A DNA stretch of 62,679 bases, counting the filler, from Chiloscyllium plagiosum (Eukaryota), in the NCBI RefSeq assembly GCF_004010195.1. It is 4 parts of one record of this genome, joined end to end, with 100 filler letters (N's around TTAATTAATTAA, not from the genome) between each part and the next. Parts side by side here need not be neighbours in the genome. Positions count along the whole stretch, not along the records: positions 13,677 to 41,801 come from NC_057716.1; positions 41,902 to 54,511 come from NC_057716.1; 2 more parts are not named here. One strand, given 5' to 3'. The number at the start of each line of letters is the position of its first letter. The stretch's first letter is position 1. Of this stretch, positions 38,994 to 53,069 are shown in pieces. The notes beneath the pieces were generated by a model. The model made no database searches. It saw only the letters and a list, made by a program, of their open reading frames with translations, and was not told where the DNA came from. Both the position numbers and the translations under genes were made by a program.

Positions 38994-41801
38994 CTGTAGG
39001 CCAAAGGAAATAGCACCAGTTAGCATGACACAGTGATATATCTTATGCCGACAACCGCAAGAGCTTCTACTTAAACATGAATGTGAACAGTACAGGTCAT
39101 AATGATAGTTACTCGGAGTACAAACACCCCAGCAAGGAACCAAATTGTCACCAAATTCATACAATGTACTGTTACACTCCTGACAAAGTACAAATTAATT
39201 CCTTTTCAAAAAAAAAAGGATTTTGGGCTTTCCAGGCTGGGTCAGCAGCAGTCTCTGTGGTGAAGGTGACCCACAGTACTGTTTGGGATGGATTTCCAGC
39301 ACTTTCACACAACAAAAAAAAAAGAAAGTGATATATTTTCAAGGTCTGTGGCTCTGTGAGGGGAACTAGCATGTGGTGGTGTTCCATGTCTCTGCTGCCA
39401 TTATCATTCCAGATGGTCATAACTTTAGGTTTGCTCACGTTCCTCAGCTGAAGTATTAGGAAGGATGTCAAAACTTTGGAGAAGGTATAGACCACTTTTA
39501 TAGGAATTATCAGGGATTGCAAACTTGTTACATAGAGTGGCTGAAGGAAGTGAAATTGTTCTCCCTGGAATAGAGAAGGTTAAGGGGAGATTTACTATAA
39601 TCACAAAGTATATTAATAGAGTAATAAAGAAAGCTGATTTTCAGTGGCGGGAGATTTGTAACCACGGAACATAAGTTAAAGATCATTGGTAAAAGTGCGA
39701 GAGACGGCTTACGAAATCATCAAATCACAAGTTACTGTGATCTGGAATTAGCCTGAAGGAGTGATGGACATGGCTTAAACAGACATTTTCTTTCGCAAGT
39801 TACTAAGTATTTGAATGAGAAAGAATTACAGGGCTCCAAAGTAAGAGTTAGGGAGAATGTGGCCACCAAAGAGTGGAATAGACAAAATGGGACAAAATTA
39901 TTTCCATCACCTCATCCTAGTGCTCATCATAAAGTTAAAAATTTGGGAAGCAGAATTTATAACTCTCTTGCTAGGAGTGTGGTTAAATTACATATTATGT
40001 GGAGGAGCCGGTGTTGGATTGGGGTGAACAAAGTTAGAAATTCTGTCTCTTATGGTCCTGCTCCACAGCTACCTGATACAGGAACAGCACTCTGAAGGGT
40101 AGTGCTTCCAAATGAACCTGTTGGACTATTTTTAACTTTGTCCAGTTGCATATTGTATGAGTATGTCACTATCACTAGTGCTCCATTAAACCCTGATAAC
40201 ATAACTCAATCAGAAAAGGAAGAGTTGTATCCAGCAACACTCTGGTTTTGAAGCCTGATCATGGAGATCTTAGTTTTATTACATCTGCTCCTCTAAACAA
40301 CACTGAAGAGGAATGGGTAACAGTCATGAACTGCACTGTATGAATAGCAAAGGAGCCTGCTACCAGACTGACAACACTGTTGGAATTATCAGGAATTAAG
40401 AGCATCATTCCACTGTCCCCTGTATGGCTAGTGTCAGGAGCTTCATTTGCCTGTAGTTCTAGTACCTCTGGGATTCAGAGAATCACCACACTACCCTTAA
40501 TCACAAGGACACAAGGATTAGGTATATGAGTAAGCCATTTGGCTCCTCAAACTGTGAAGAGGATACAAGGAAACTGAAAAGATTAATTAACTGAATGGTC
40601 AAAGAACAGGCTAACTATGAAGCATAATGTGGGAAAGTGTAAAATTATACTTTTTGGCAGTAACAAAAAAATGCGTGTTATCTAACCGGTGAAAGGGTGC
40701 AGAGCTCCGAAGTGCAAAACGATCCGAGTGTCCTAATGCATGAATTGTAAAATGTTAGTATGTAGGTACAAGCAAATAATTAGAAAAGCTAATAGAATCT
40801 TCATGGCTAATCTTTGAGTTATTGGCTGTGCATAAAGAAGGGGGTGTTTAAGGGACTTTTGTGCTACAGTGGTACCATCCCACATCTGGGCCAGAGACCT
40901 GGGCTCAAGTCCCACCTGCTCAAGATATGTGTCACGGCACATAGGAACAGGCTGGTTTAAATAAAAATTTAAAAAAGAATCTTTGTTTTTTGAAAGAGAA
41001 ATTAAGTACAAACTTATGATGTCATGCTTCAGTTTTATAGGTCATTGATAAGACTACTTATTGTATACTGTGTACAGTATTTGTCTCCTTATTTAATGAA
41101 AGGTGAAACTAAATTGGAAGCATTTCATAGATTTATTAGATTTGAATAGAATCACAGAATCCCTTCAGTGTTGAACAGGCCATTTGGCTCATCAAGTGCA
41201 CACGGATCCTCTGAAGAGTATCGTACTCATACTCACTGCTTTACCCTATTCCTGCATGTCCCATGGCTAATCCAGCCTCATTCCTGATGAAGGGCTTATA
41301 CCTAAAACATCGATTCTCCTGCTCCTCAGATGCTGCCTAACATGCTGTGCCTCTCCAGCGTGACACTCTCAACTATGATCTCCAGCATCTGCAGTCCTCA
41401 CTTTCTCCTAATCCACTTAACCTGCACATCCCTGGACACTATGGGCAATTTAACATGGCCAATCTGACATAAAATGCACATCTTTGGACTCTGGAAGGAA
41501 ATAGACAATGGACAATAGGTGCAGGAATAGGCCATTCAGCCCTTCGAGCCTGCACCACCATTCAACATGATCATGGCTCTTCATTCCTAATCAGTATCCT
41601 GTTCCTGCCTTATCTCCATAACCCTTGATTCCACTATCTTTGAGAGCTCTATCCAACTCTTCTTAAATGAAATCCAGAGACTGGGCCTCCACTGCCCTCT
41701 GGGGCAGAGCATCCCACACAGCCACCACTCTCTGGGTGAACAAGTTTCTCCTCATCTCTGTCCTAAATGGCCTACCCCGTATTTCTAAGCTGTGTCCTCT
41801 G

Positions 41802-41901
41802 NNNNNNNNNNNNNNNNNNNNNNNNNNNNNNNNNNNNNNNNNNNNTTAATTAATTAANNNNNNNNNNNNNNNNNNNNNNNNNNNNNNNNNNNNNNNNNNN
41901 N
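41802..41901. other. Artificial assembly linker N44-TTAATTAATTAA-N44
   Basis: 100 bp; same structure as 13577-13676. Confidence 0.97.
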
Positions 41902-42620
41902 AGGTGAGGCGCTGGTGGGGGCGGAAGTGGTGGTGACAACGGCAGTAGGGGTGGCGGAAGTCACTGAGCATATGGCATCAGCGATGATGTGAGGGGCGGA
42001 AGTGATGTCACGTGTGATGCATGAGGAATTGTGAGGGGTGGAAGTGGTTGTGGGAGTGGCCATGATGGGGGTGGAAGTGACATCATCAATCAGCGTGGGG
42101 GTGGCAGCTGCTTCAGCCACATGGCTAATGGCGGAATAGGTTCCGAGGCCAGGGGAATCTTCTGGAATGTTTGAGGAGCACTGGTTATGGAGGTGGGTGG
42201 ATAAAAGTTTGTTGTACTTACAGTTTTTGATGTTTGAGATGGAATTGAAATACTGTTTGTTGAGAGTATGAATTCTCCTGAGGATGTAGTACAGAGTGGG
42301 TCCTTTGCAATTCTGAGAGACCAATTGTTAAAGTTCACTTGAGAATGTAATTTCTTAAAAAGGTTTTGCAATTTACATATGAAAGAAGTGAAATCAACGT
42401 GGTCATTCTAACCGATGAGAAACTTAAACAATCAAGGTATTTTTCAATCTATAATTTCGGTTCCATCACGCTGTAAACATTTGCTATAAATTCTACGTCT
42501 TAGAATCATGTACTCCACAACCACCTGGTGAAGGAGCAGTACTCTGAAAGCTAGTGCTTCCAGTTAAACCTATAACCTATAAACTGGACTATAACCTGTT
42601 GTTGTGATTTTTAACTTTTT
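41902..42620. mobile_element. PLE-derived fragments (minus-strand T/P-rich region followed by a family B terminal region)
   Basis: 42325-42620 matches 46460-46750, including a degenerate hammerhead. Confidence 0.6.
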
Positions 42621-42822
42621 AGAATTGATAATACCTCCTCCTTACTAACCTCAATCCTCTCGAGTCTAATATCCCGTATCTCAGTCTTCTCTACAATATT
42701 CTCCTTTTCCTGAGTGAAAACAGAAGAGAAATATTTGTTTAGCACCTCTCCGAGGAATAGGTGAGCAAAATCTAAAAGCTAAGTGGTAAGAGAACCCGCA
42801 GAAAGCAGACACGAGTGAATTG

Positions 42823-43161
42823 ACGGCACGGTGGCTCAGTGGTTAGCACTGCTATCTCGCAGTACCAGGGTCCCAAGTTCGATTCCAGCTTTGGACTGTG
42901 TGGAGTTTGCACATTCTCCCCGTGTCTGTGTGGAGTTTGCACATTCTCCCCGTGTCTGCGTGGGTTTCCTCCGGGTCTTCCGGTTTCCTCCCACAATCCA
43001 AAGATGTTCAGGTCAAGGAAATTGGCCATGCTAAATTGCCCATCGTACTAGGCGCATTAGTCAGAGGGAAATGGGTCTGGGTGGTTTACTCTTTGGAGGG
43101 TCGTTGTGGACTGGTTGGGCCAAAGGGCCTGTTTCCACACTGTAGGGAATCTAATCTAAAT
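42823..43161 (+). mobile_element. HE1-like SINE with a 29-bp internal duplication
   Basis: A and B boxes; ctgtgtggagtttgcacattctccccgtg occurs twice. Confidence 0.88.
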
Positions 43162-43164
43162 TCG

Positions 43165-44710
43165 TAGAGACATGCAGCACGGAAACAGGCTGACCAAATA
43201 TCCTAAATGAATCTAGTCCTGTTTGCCAGCACTTGGCCCATATCCCTCTAAACCCTTCCTATTCATATACCCATCCAGATGACTTTTAAATGTAATTGTA
43301 CCAGCCTCCACCACTTCCTCTGACAGTTTATTCTATAGACGCACCACCCTCTGCGTGAAAAAGTTGCCCCTTATGTCTATTTTAAATCTTTGTCCTCTCA
43401 TCTTAAACCTATGCCCTCTTGTATTGGACTCGTCTACCCTGGAGAAAAGGCCTTGTCTATTTGCCTGATCCATGCCCCTCATGATTTTATAAACCTCTAC
43501 AAGCCTCCGACGCTTCAGTGAAAATAGCCCCAGTCCATTCTTCCTATCCCTACAGTTGAAACTCTTGAACCCTACAGTCAAAATTCTTGAAATCTTTTCT
43601 GAACCCTTTCAAGTTTCATGACATCCTTCCTATTGCAGGGAAACCAGAATTGCATGCAGTATTCCAATAGTGGCCCAACTAGTGTCCTGTACAGCTGCAA
43701 CATGACCTCCCAACTCCTATACTCACTGCACTGACCAATAAAGGCAAGCATACCAAATGTCGTCTTCATTATCCTGTCTTAACTGTGACTCCAGTTTCCA
43801 GGAACTATGAACCTGCACTCCAAGGTCTTTTTGTTCAACACTCCCGAGGACCTTAACATTAAGTGTATAAGTCCTGCACTGATTTGCCTTTGCAAAATGC
43901 AGCATGTCACATTTATCTAAATTATCTCCATCTGCCACTCCTTGGCCCATCTGATCAAGATCCCATTGTACTCTGAGGAAACCTTCTTTGCTGTCCACTG
44001 CACCTCCATAGAATCCCTACAGTGTGGAAACAGGCCATTTGGCCCAACAGGTCCACACCGACCCTCCGAAGAGTAACCCTCCCAGACCCATTCCCTATCC
44101 CATTACTCTACATTTACCCCTGACTAATGCACCTACCCATCCCTAGACACCATGGGCAATTTAGTGTGGCCAATTCACCTAACCTGCACATCTTTGGATT
44201 GTGGGAATAAACCGGAACACCCAGCGAAAACCCATGCAGGCACGGGGAGAATGTGCAAACTCCACGCAGACAATCGCCAGAGGCTGGAATCAAACCCGGC
44301 TCACTGGCACTGTGAGGCAGCAGTGCTAACCACTGAGCCATCATGCTGCCATCTGCAAACATACCAGCTATACCTCCTCTGTTCACATCCACATCATTTA
44401 TATTAGAAGTAAAAAGCAGTTGACCCAGCACTGATCCTTGTATTACACTTGATCACAGGCCTCCAGTCTGAAAAGCAACCCTCCATCACCACCCTCTGTC
44501 TTAAACCTTCGAGCCAGTTCTGTATTCAAGTAACTAGTTCTCCCTTGTGATCTAACCTTGATAACCAGTCTACCATGCGGAAACTTGTTGAACAACATAC
44601 TGAGGTCCATATGTGTCACGTCCACTGCTCTGCCCTCACCAATCCTCTTTGTAATTTGTTCAAAAAACTCAATCCAGTTTTTGAGCCACACTATCCCATG
44701 CACAAAGCCA
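43165..44710 (-). mobile_element. Degenerate CR1 LINE (RT to tail) interrupted by a SINE
   Basis: IEFFEQITKRIGEGRAVDV, LEYCMQFW. Confidence 0.85.
44008..44350 (-). mobile_element. HE1-like SINE
   Basis: Reverse complement gatggctcagtggttagcactgctgcctcacag. Confidence 0.88.
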
Positions 44711-45179
44711 TTGTGGAACTTCTCAGCTTGCTATTCTTTTCTGCACCAAATAGGGCACCTGAACTGCACCAGGAGATGATCACAGTTGATGAACATGGTA
44801 CGAGTGATTGTCTTGAGAGAATAGGGCTGCACCTGTCTCTACTCATCTCCTATTAATAATAGTTAACATAAACATTTAGGCCACACATAATGAAGGGCTT
44901 ATGCCAAAAACGTTGATTCTCCTGCTCCTCAGATGCTGCCTAACCTGTGTTTTTCCAACACCACACTCTTGACTCTGAGCTCCAGTACTTGCTTTCTCCT
45001 ATTTAAGCCACACACTAAAACAAATGTTATGGCAGTGGAGGGGAAAGAGATAATGTGAGACTTTTGAGAAGATTTGTAGCTCAGATTGAGGCTCTGGATG
45101 TCGGTTTGCTCGCGGAGCTGGAAGGTTCACTTTCAGACGTCTTGTCACTATACTAGGTAGCAGCTTCAGTGAGCCTCTG

Positions 45180-46780
45180 GTTATCCGTCTACCACAAACC
45201 CACAGATAACCTCACGATGCTACACTTCTCCAGCTTCCACTCTAAACATATTAAATCAGCGATCCCCTATGGACAAGCCCTACGCATTCACAGTATCTGT
45301 TCAGATGAGGAGGAATGTGATTGGCACCTGGAAGTACTCAAGGATGCCCTCATAAGAATGCGGTATGATGCTCAACTCATCGACCGCCTGTTCTGATGTG
45401 CAACAGCGGGAAACTGAAATGACCTCCTCAAGAGACAGACACGAGCTGCAACCGACAGGATGCCCTTCGTTGTCCAGTACTTCTCAGGAGCTGAGAAGCT
45501 ACACCATGTTCTTCGCCTCCTGCAACACATTATCAATGAGGATGAGCACCTTGCCGAGATCTTCTCCACACCTCCACTGCTCGCCTTTATACAACCACCA
45601 AACCTCAAATAGATCATTGTTTGTTGCAAACTGCCCAGCCTTCAGGACAACACATACAACCTTGTCGCGGTAGATGCTGCAAGACTTGTAAGAGTTTCAT
45701 TATGTGTGGGGACACCTCCCAACAAGTACGTGGCAGGTACTCATGCGACTCAGCCAACTCTATCTCATACTCTATCTCAGGGCAAGGATACCCTGAGGCT
45801 TGTACATTAATGAGACCAAGCAGAGGCTACGACAACAGATGAATGGATACCGCACAAAAATCGTCAGACAGGGGTGTTCCCTCCTCGTCGGAGAACACTT
45901 CCAGCAGTCCAGGACCTTTGACCTTGGCCTTCGGATGACTGTCCTCCAAAGCGGACTTTGGAACAGGCAACAATGCAAAGTGGCCGAGCAGAGGCTCATA
46001 GCCAAGTTTGGTACCCATGGGGATGGCCTCAACTGGAACCTTGGGTTCATGTCACACTACAGGTGACTCCATTGCACCACACAAACACACGCGCACGCAC
46101 AGACAGACATGCAGACACTCTGACACACAGACACACTCCTATAGACCCATACACTCATGCAGACCCTCTCTCATACACTCACACATGCACCTTCTCACAG
46201 ACTTACACCCATTTACACTACACTCATTTGCATATACACAATGTCACAGACACTCATAACCACCCCCCTCCCCTGCCCACATGCACACATACACATATAT
46301 TTGTGGGGTGAATTTGTACTTGCAGAATTACAATTTATTTTGCCCAAAAACTGCATAAATCCAATTTTAGATTACAATCAGTTTGACCATTGGGGCACAG
46401 ACAGTCTCACACAGGGCAGCTCACACCTTAAATGCATTATCTGGGCCAACATGACACCAGTTGTTAAAATTCACCTGAAAATGTAACTTTTTAAAAAAGT
46501 TCTGCGATTTACATATAAAAGAACTGAAACCAGCATGTTTGTTTTAAAAGATGAGAGATTTAACAAACAATCCAGGTATTTTTCAGTATATAATTTCAGT
46601 TACATCAGACTATAAGTTTTTGCTATAAATTCTATGTCCTACGATCTTATAATCTACAACCACCTGATGAAGGAACAGCGTTCCAAAAGCTAGTACTTCC
46701 AAATAAACTTGTTGGACTAAAACCCGGTGTTGTGAGTTTTACCTATGAACACCCCAGTCCAACAATGGCATCTCCAAATC
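45180..46780 (+). mobile_element. Penelope-like element (family B): RT thumb/GIY-YIG remnant, CA-rich tract, terminal region
   Basis: YHKPTDN..MLHFSSFH..AIPYGQALRI; CCKTC; YINETKQRLRQQMNGYR; KFGTHGDGLN. Confidence 0.88.
46664..46692 (+). ncRNA. Degenerate hammerhead motif (family B)
   Basis: CTGATGA-A-GGAAC AGC GTTCC-AAAAGCTA; stem II covaries but core GAAA is mutated to AAAA. Confidence 0.5.
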
Positions 46781-46784
46781 ATAA

Positions 46785-47310
46785 GATCAGACTAACCTAC
46801 GTACCCTTCATTGTACCCATAACTTCCATGTGCCTATCCAAGAATTGCTTAAATGTCCTCAATGTACCTGACTGTACTACCACTGCTTGCAGTGCATTCC
46901 ATGCACCCACCACTCTGTGTAAAGAACCTACCAATGACATCTCCCCTAAACCTTCCTCCAATCACCTTAAAATTATGCCCCCTCGTGATAGACATTTCCA
47001 CCGTGGGAAAAAGTCTCTGGCTATCCACTCTATCTATCTCTCTTAACATCTTGTACACCTCGATGAAGTCACCTCTCATCCTTCACCGCTCCAATGAGAA
47101 AAGCCCTAGCTCCCTCAACCTTTCTTCACAAGACATGCCCTCCAATTCAGGCAGCATCCTGGTAAATCTCCTCTGCACCCTCTCTGAAGCTTCCACATCT
47201 TTCCTACGAAGAGGCGACCAGAACTGAACACAATATTCCAAGTACGGTCTAACCAGGACTCTATAGAGCTGTAGCATAAACTCGCAGCTCTTAAACTCAA
47301 TTCCCCCTGT
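46785..47310 (-). mobile_element. CR1 LINE 3' end
   Basis: LYRVLVRPYLEYCVQFWSP; RGDFIEVYK. Confidence 0.9.
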
Positions 47311-47569
47311 TAATTCAGTTCCCTCATCTAAATCGTTAGTATATATTGTGAATAAGTGGGGTCCAAGCCCTCATCATACCTCCTAGTTGCTGTCTATCTC
47401 TCGGAAAAGATCTGTTTTTTCTTACATTTTGTCTCCATAAAACCACAAGAAATAGAAACAGGAGTAAGCCATTCACCCCTTCAAGCCTGCTCCATCTTCA
47501 GGAGGATTATGGTTGATCTGACATTCCTCCACTCTCCTGCGTCTTCTGTGCGCTGACCAGCTTTCTATT

Positions 47570-48550
47570 GTAGAACAAAGATGACTGCCCTTGACATCAA
47601 AGCAACACTCAATCAAGCCTGGCATCAAAGAACCCTAGCAAAACTGAAGCCGGTGAAAATTATTGGCAAATTCTCCTCTAGTTGTACTGAGTTGGCCAGC
47701 CAGTGACCTTCACATCCCATGAATGAATTTAAAAAACTCATAGTTAGAACAAAGGAAGATGGTTAGGGTGAGTATTCACAGCCACAGTACATCACTGCAG
47801 AAATTCCTCAAGGTAGGATCCTAGGCCCAATCATCCAAAGTTGGGATGTTCACTGATGATTGTACAATGCTCAGCATTTGTAACTTTGCAGACACTGAAG
47901 CCGCACCTATATGCTTACAACATCCATAACTTACAAATAAAATTTATGCCATACAAATGCCAGGCATTGACCATCTCCAAGAAAAGAAAATTTAATCTTG
48001 CCCTTGACATTCAATGGCATTACCATCACTGGATTCCTCATACTGGGGGTGGGGCAGGGGTTACCATTAATCAGAAACTGAACTGGGCTAGTAAATACTG
48101 TAGCTCCAAGAGCAGGTCACATGCTAGGAATCTTGGAGTAAGTGACTCACCTATTGTTTCTACAAAGTCTGTTCTGTATCTTCAAGGCATAAGTGATGGA
48201 ATACTCTCCACTTGCCTGGATGATTGCAGGTCCAACAATGCTCAAACCATGACACCATCCAGATAAGCTATTTTACTTCATTAGCACTCATCTGCCACCT
48301 CAATGCTCAGTGCCATCTGCAAGTTCTCTGCCAAGCCACACATGAACCAACCTTGAAACTATATTTCTGTACCCTCACTGTTAGTGTGGCAAAATCTTGG
48401 AACTCCTTTCCCTACAACACTGTAGGTGTCTCCATATAGCACAGGCTATCCCACTTGAAAAAGATAGCTTACCACCTGCACAAGAGCATTTAGGGATTGG
48501 CAATAAATGCTGACTTATCCAGCAATGCCCACATTTCATGAATAGATTTT
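47570..48550 (+). mobile_element. Degenerate CR1/L2-group LINE
   Basis: gcccttgacatcaaagca and ggcaataaatgctg tail shared with 58470-61545. Confidence 0.7.
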
Positions 48551-49285
48551 TTAAAAAATGATTAAGTTACCAATGGAATATGATGGTTTAAGTCCTCAAT
48601 GACATGTTTTAATCATGAAGTTTAGATGTACATATGTGCCTATAACAGTAGGAGGGGTGTACTGGCTTGTAATAACTTTAAGTGAGCATTACCCAAAACC
48701 TCCCATCCATCACTTGCCAGTTAGCTGCTAAATTTCTTTCTCTATATTTATTACTACATGATTTAATATTTGTATGTGTTTAACCTGATTTTTGTACTTC
48801 ATCAGTGCGTGATTTTGTTTTCTATGTAAATTACAGGATAATTCAAACTTGGAACTGTGAATATGTTTCTTGGAAAAAATGTTACTTATAATGGACATTT
48901 GATCCATTGTACTGGACAGGCTGATGCTTCAAATATGCCATCATGAACAATAATTGAGTGCTTGCATCATAGAATTGCATCCATTTGATTTATAATACTG
49001 CTCATGTGGAGGGTAAACACCAATTTGAACTGCCTGGGTGGGATATTGTTTTTCTAGTGTTGTAATCAAGGGAATCGAGGGTTAGGAGGAAAAGGAAGGA
49101 AAGCACTCATGAGGGATGATGGATCAGCCATGATCCTATTGAATGACCGAGCACACCCTACTCCTGTTCCTGTTTATCATGGTCTTATGATATTATTCAG
49201 TATTATGAAAATGAAATATGATTTTTGATGTAATTGTTGTGACAGGAGTGATGGCACATATAAAATGATTTACTTCTCATTGCAG

Positions 49286-49346
49286 ATTAGAAAAGGAAAT
49301 TCAACTAAGAAAGGAGTCTGAAAAAGATTATGAAGAATTAAGGAAG
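49286..49346 (+). CDS. Candidate orphan exon encoding a coiled-coil-like peptide; non-canonical GC donor
   Basis: tttacttctcattgcag| then purine-rich open frame LEKEIQLRKESEKDYEELRK |gcaagt (AAG/GCAAGT is the consensus GC-AG donor). Confidence 0.5.
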
Positions 49347-50006
49347 GCAAGTGTAATCCTTAAATTTTTGGATTTGTTAATGATTTTATGTATGACAATG
49401 AGTGTTCAATAATTTTGTCCTTCATGTGTGGACATTGCTCCCTTTGTAGAAAATCACGAGATGCTGCTGTATATGCCATTTGAAATTGTGCAGTTGAAAT
49501 TATGACATTGTAATTTTGTATTCCCACATATTAATTATTGTAACTGAATTGCCTACAGAAAAAAGAATTGCAAATGATTGACTTGGCTTTATTTCAACAT
49601 GGTTTTGGTTTGGCAAGAGGGGAGTACTGGGATGTAATCATTACCCCTAAACATCCTATCCATCACTTCCCAGTTAGCTGTTGGATTTCTTTCTCTATAT
49701 TTGTTACAATGTAACTTATATATTTGTTTTATTTGCTTTTATTTTTTTACATATTTGTATGAGTTTAACCTGATTATCGTACTTCATCAGTACATGATTT
49801 TGTTTTCAATATAAGTCACAGTTCAAGCTTGGAACTGTGAATGTGTTTCTTGAAAAAAAAAGATTGTTTATAATGGGCATTTGATCCACTGTCATGGATA
49901 GATTGAAACGTTACCTGAAACAAACTCTCTTGGGCTTTGAACTGTGACAAAGAGAGTCACTACAGTCGTCTCTCTCATTTTAAAGCTATGCCTACTGGTG
50001 GGTATT

Positions 50007-52270
50007 ACCTGAGGATCCCACCCCTGCCCTGATCTCCGTCCCCGCCCCAATTCCCGCCCCCACACCTAACTCCGCCCCCATCCAGCCCCAAACCAGGTCC
50101 TAGCTCCCAGCCCTGCCGTATTTTTACCATCCCTCTAAAACTACCCCTCTCTGAGGATGAAAGATCAGTCCTCGGCAGAGGCCTTACCTTCATTCCCCTA
50201 CGCTCTCGGATTAACGCGTTCAACACGCGGCGAGACATCGAACAATTCTTCCGCCGCCTTCGCCTCCGTGCCTACTTCTTCAACTAGGATTCTCGCCCAC
50301 CCTCTGACGACCGCTTCTCCCGCCTCCAACACACCCCATCAACCTGGACACCCCGTGCTGGCCTCTTACCTGCCCTCGATCTCTTCATAGCCAACTGCCG
50401 CCGCAACATTAACTGCCTCAACCTCTCCACTCCTCTCACCCACTCCAACCTCTCACCCTTACAATGTGCAGCCCTCCACTTCCTCCGTTCCAACCCCAAC
50501 GTCACTATCAAACCGACAGACAAGGGTGGCGCAGTAGTAGTTTGGCGCACCGATCTTTACACCGCTGAGGCTAAACGCCAGCGCGCGGACACCTCCTCCT
50601 ACTGCCCCCTTGACCATGACCCCACCTCCCACCACCAAACCATCATCTCCCAGACCATCCATAACCTCATCACCTCAGGGGATCTCCTATCCACCGCCTC
50701 CAACCTCATAGTCCCACAACCCCGCACTGCCCGTTTCTACCTCCTGCCCAAAATCCACAAACCTGACTGCCCCGGCTGACCCATTGTCTCAGCCTGCTCC
50801 CGCCCCACCAAACTCATCTCTGCATACCTCGACACGGTCCTGTCCCCCTTAGTCCAAGAACTCCCCACATTCGGGACACCACCCACGCCCTCCACCTCCT
50901 CCATGATTTTCACTTCCCCGGTCCCCAACACCTTATCTTCACAACGGACATCCAGTCCCTGTACACCTCCATCCCCCATCACAAAGGACTCAAAGCCCTC
51001 CGCTTCTTCCTTTCCCGCTGTACCAACCAGTACCCTTCCACTGACACCCTCCTTTGACTGACTGAACTGGTCCTCACTCTGAACAGCTTCTCTTTCCAAT
51101 CCTCCCACTTCCTCCAAACAAAAGGAGTAGCCATGGGCACCCGCATGGGCCCCAGCTATGCCTGCCTCCTCGTAGGATATGTGGAACAATCCATCTTCCG
51201 CAACTACACTGCCCCCACCCCCCACCTTTTCCTCCNNNNNNNNNNNNNNNNNNNNNNNNNNNNNNNNNNNNNNNNNNNNNNNNNNNNNNNNNNNNNNNNN
51301 NNNNNNNNNNNNNNNNNNNNNNNNNNNNNNNNNNNNNNNNNNNNNNNNNNNNNNNNNNNNNNNNNNNNNNNNNNNNNNNNNNNNNNNNNNNNNNNNNNNN
51401 NNNNNNNNNNNNNNNNNNNNNNNNNNNNNNNNNNNNNNNNNNNNNNNNNNNNNNNNNNNNNNNNNNNNNNNNNNNNNNNNNNNNNNNNNNNNNNNNNNNN
51501 NNNNNNNNNNNNNNNNNNNNNNNNNNNNNNNNNNNNNNNNNNNNNNNNNNNNNNNNNNNNNNNNNNNNNNNNNNNNNNNNNNNNNNNNNNNNNNNNNNNN
51601 NNNNNNNNNNNNNNNNNNNNNNNNNNNNNNNNNNNNNNNNNNNNNNNNNNNNNNNNNNNNNNNNNNNNNNNNNNNNNNNNNNNNNNNNNNNNNNNNNNNN
51701 NNNNNNNNNNNNNNNNNNNNNNNNNNNNNNNNNNNNNNNNNNNNNNNNNNNNNNNNNNNNNNNNNNNNNNNNNNNNNNNNNNNNNNNNNNNNNNNNNNNN
51801 NNNNNNNNNNNNNNNNNNNNNNNNNNNNNNNNNNNNNNNNNNNNNNNNNNNNNNNNNNNNNNNNNNNNNNNNNNNNNNNNNNNNNNNNNNNNNNNNNNNN
51901 NNNNNNNNNNNNNNNNNNNNNNNNNNNNNNNNNNNNNNNNNNNNNNNNNNNNNNNNNNNNNNNNNNNNNNNNNNNNNNNNNNNNNNNNNNNNNNNNNNNN
52001 NNNNNNNNNNNNNNNNNNNNNNNNNNNNNNNNNNNNNNNNNNNNNNNNNNNNNNNNNNNNNNNNNNNNNNNNNNNNNNNNNNNNNNNNNNNNNNNNNNNN
52101 NNNNNNNNNNNNNNNNNNNNNNNNNNNNNNNNNNNNNNNNNAATCTTCTTCCTGACCTCTCCGCCCCCACCCCCACTCCGGCCTATCATCATCACCTTAA
52201 CCTCCTTCCACCTATCGCATTTCCAACGCCCCCTCCCCCAAGTTCCTCCTCCCTACCATTTATCTTAGCC
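50007..52270 (+). mobile_element. Penelope-like element reverse transcriptase region (N gap 51236-52141)
   Basis: KPTDKGGAVVVW, LPKIHKP, DIQSLYTSIP, KGVAMGTRMGPSYACL; in-frame stops present. Confidence 0.9.
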
Positions 52271-53069
52271 TGCTTGGCGCACTACCCTCGTAATCCAGAG
52301 GTCCAGGCTAATGTTCCAGAAGAATTGGTTTGAATTCCACCATAGCAGATGATGAATTTTGAATTCAATAAGCCTGAAATTAAATTTAGCTTTTTGAATG
52401 ACCACGTAACCACTGTTGATTGTTGTGAAAACCCATATAGTTGACTGATGTCATTTGGGGAAAGAAATATGCTATTTTTACAAGTGACTGCAGGCCCACA
52501 TCAATGTGGTTAACTTTTAACTGTCTTCAGGACAATAAATACTAACCTAACTAGTTATGCCCCACACCTTGAACTTCTGTCAGTATTGATGGCGCTTCAC
52601 AATTGGTACCATTAATAGACATCAGCCTTTGAAATACTTGAAAATCCTCTTAAAGGAAGAGCCATCAATATTTGACTAGCTAGAACCTCAGGCTCCCACT
52701 GATGCTGTCTAGTTAAAAACAGAATGCTGAAAAAGGAACAGAAAAGTCTGGAGACTCAACAGGTCTTCCAGCATTAGTGAGGAGAGAACCAGAATTGAAA
52801 GGGGCTGGGAAATGATGTCCTTTATGATTTTACAGAAGGATGAGTGAGTGGAATAGATGGTGAATGTGCCCGGACCAAAAGACAAAAAGTGTGTTAATGG
52901 TGATAAATGACAGTGAGCTGTAAAATGCATGCAAATGAGAGGTTTGAAGAGGCGAAAATGGTTCAGTTCTGCTGACAGCAAAGCATGCGAGACTTTGTGG
53001 GGAAAGGTGATGTGATGGCAGAGATATGCTGTTGTAATCAAATTTTAGAATTGTGTTCATGCTCTTTGC

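Noticed and set aside
41854..42324. Mucin-like T/P/A-rich host ORF
   Set aside because: No splice support; abuts a PLE terminus and a gap, so more likely a transposon low-complexity region
50737..52333. Long ORFs of 340-479 aa, and similar ones at 56032-57117
   Set aside because: Their length comes from N runs; the flanking sequence is PLE or CR1
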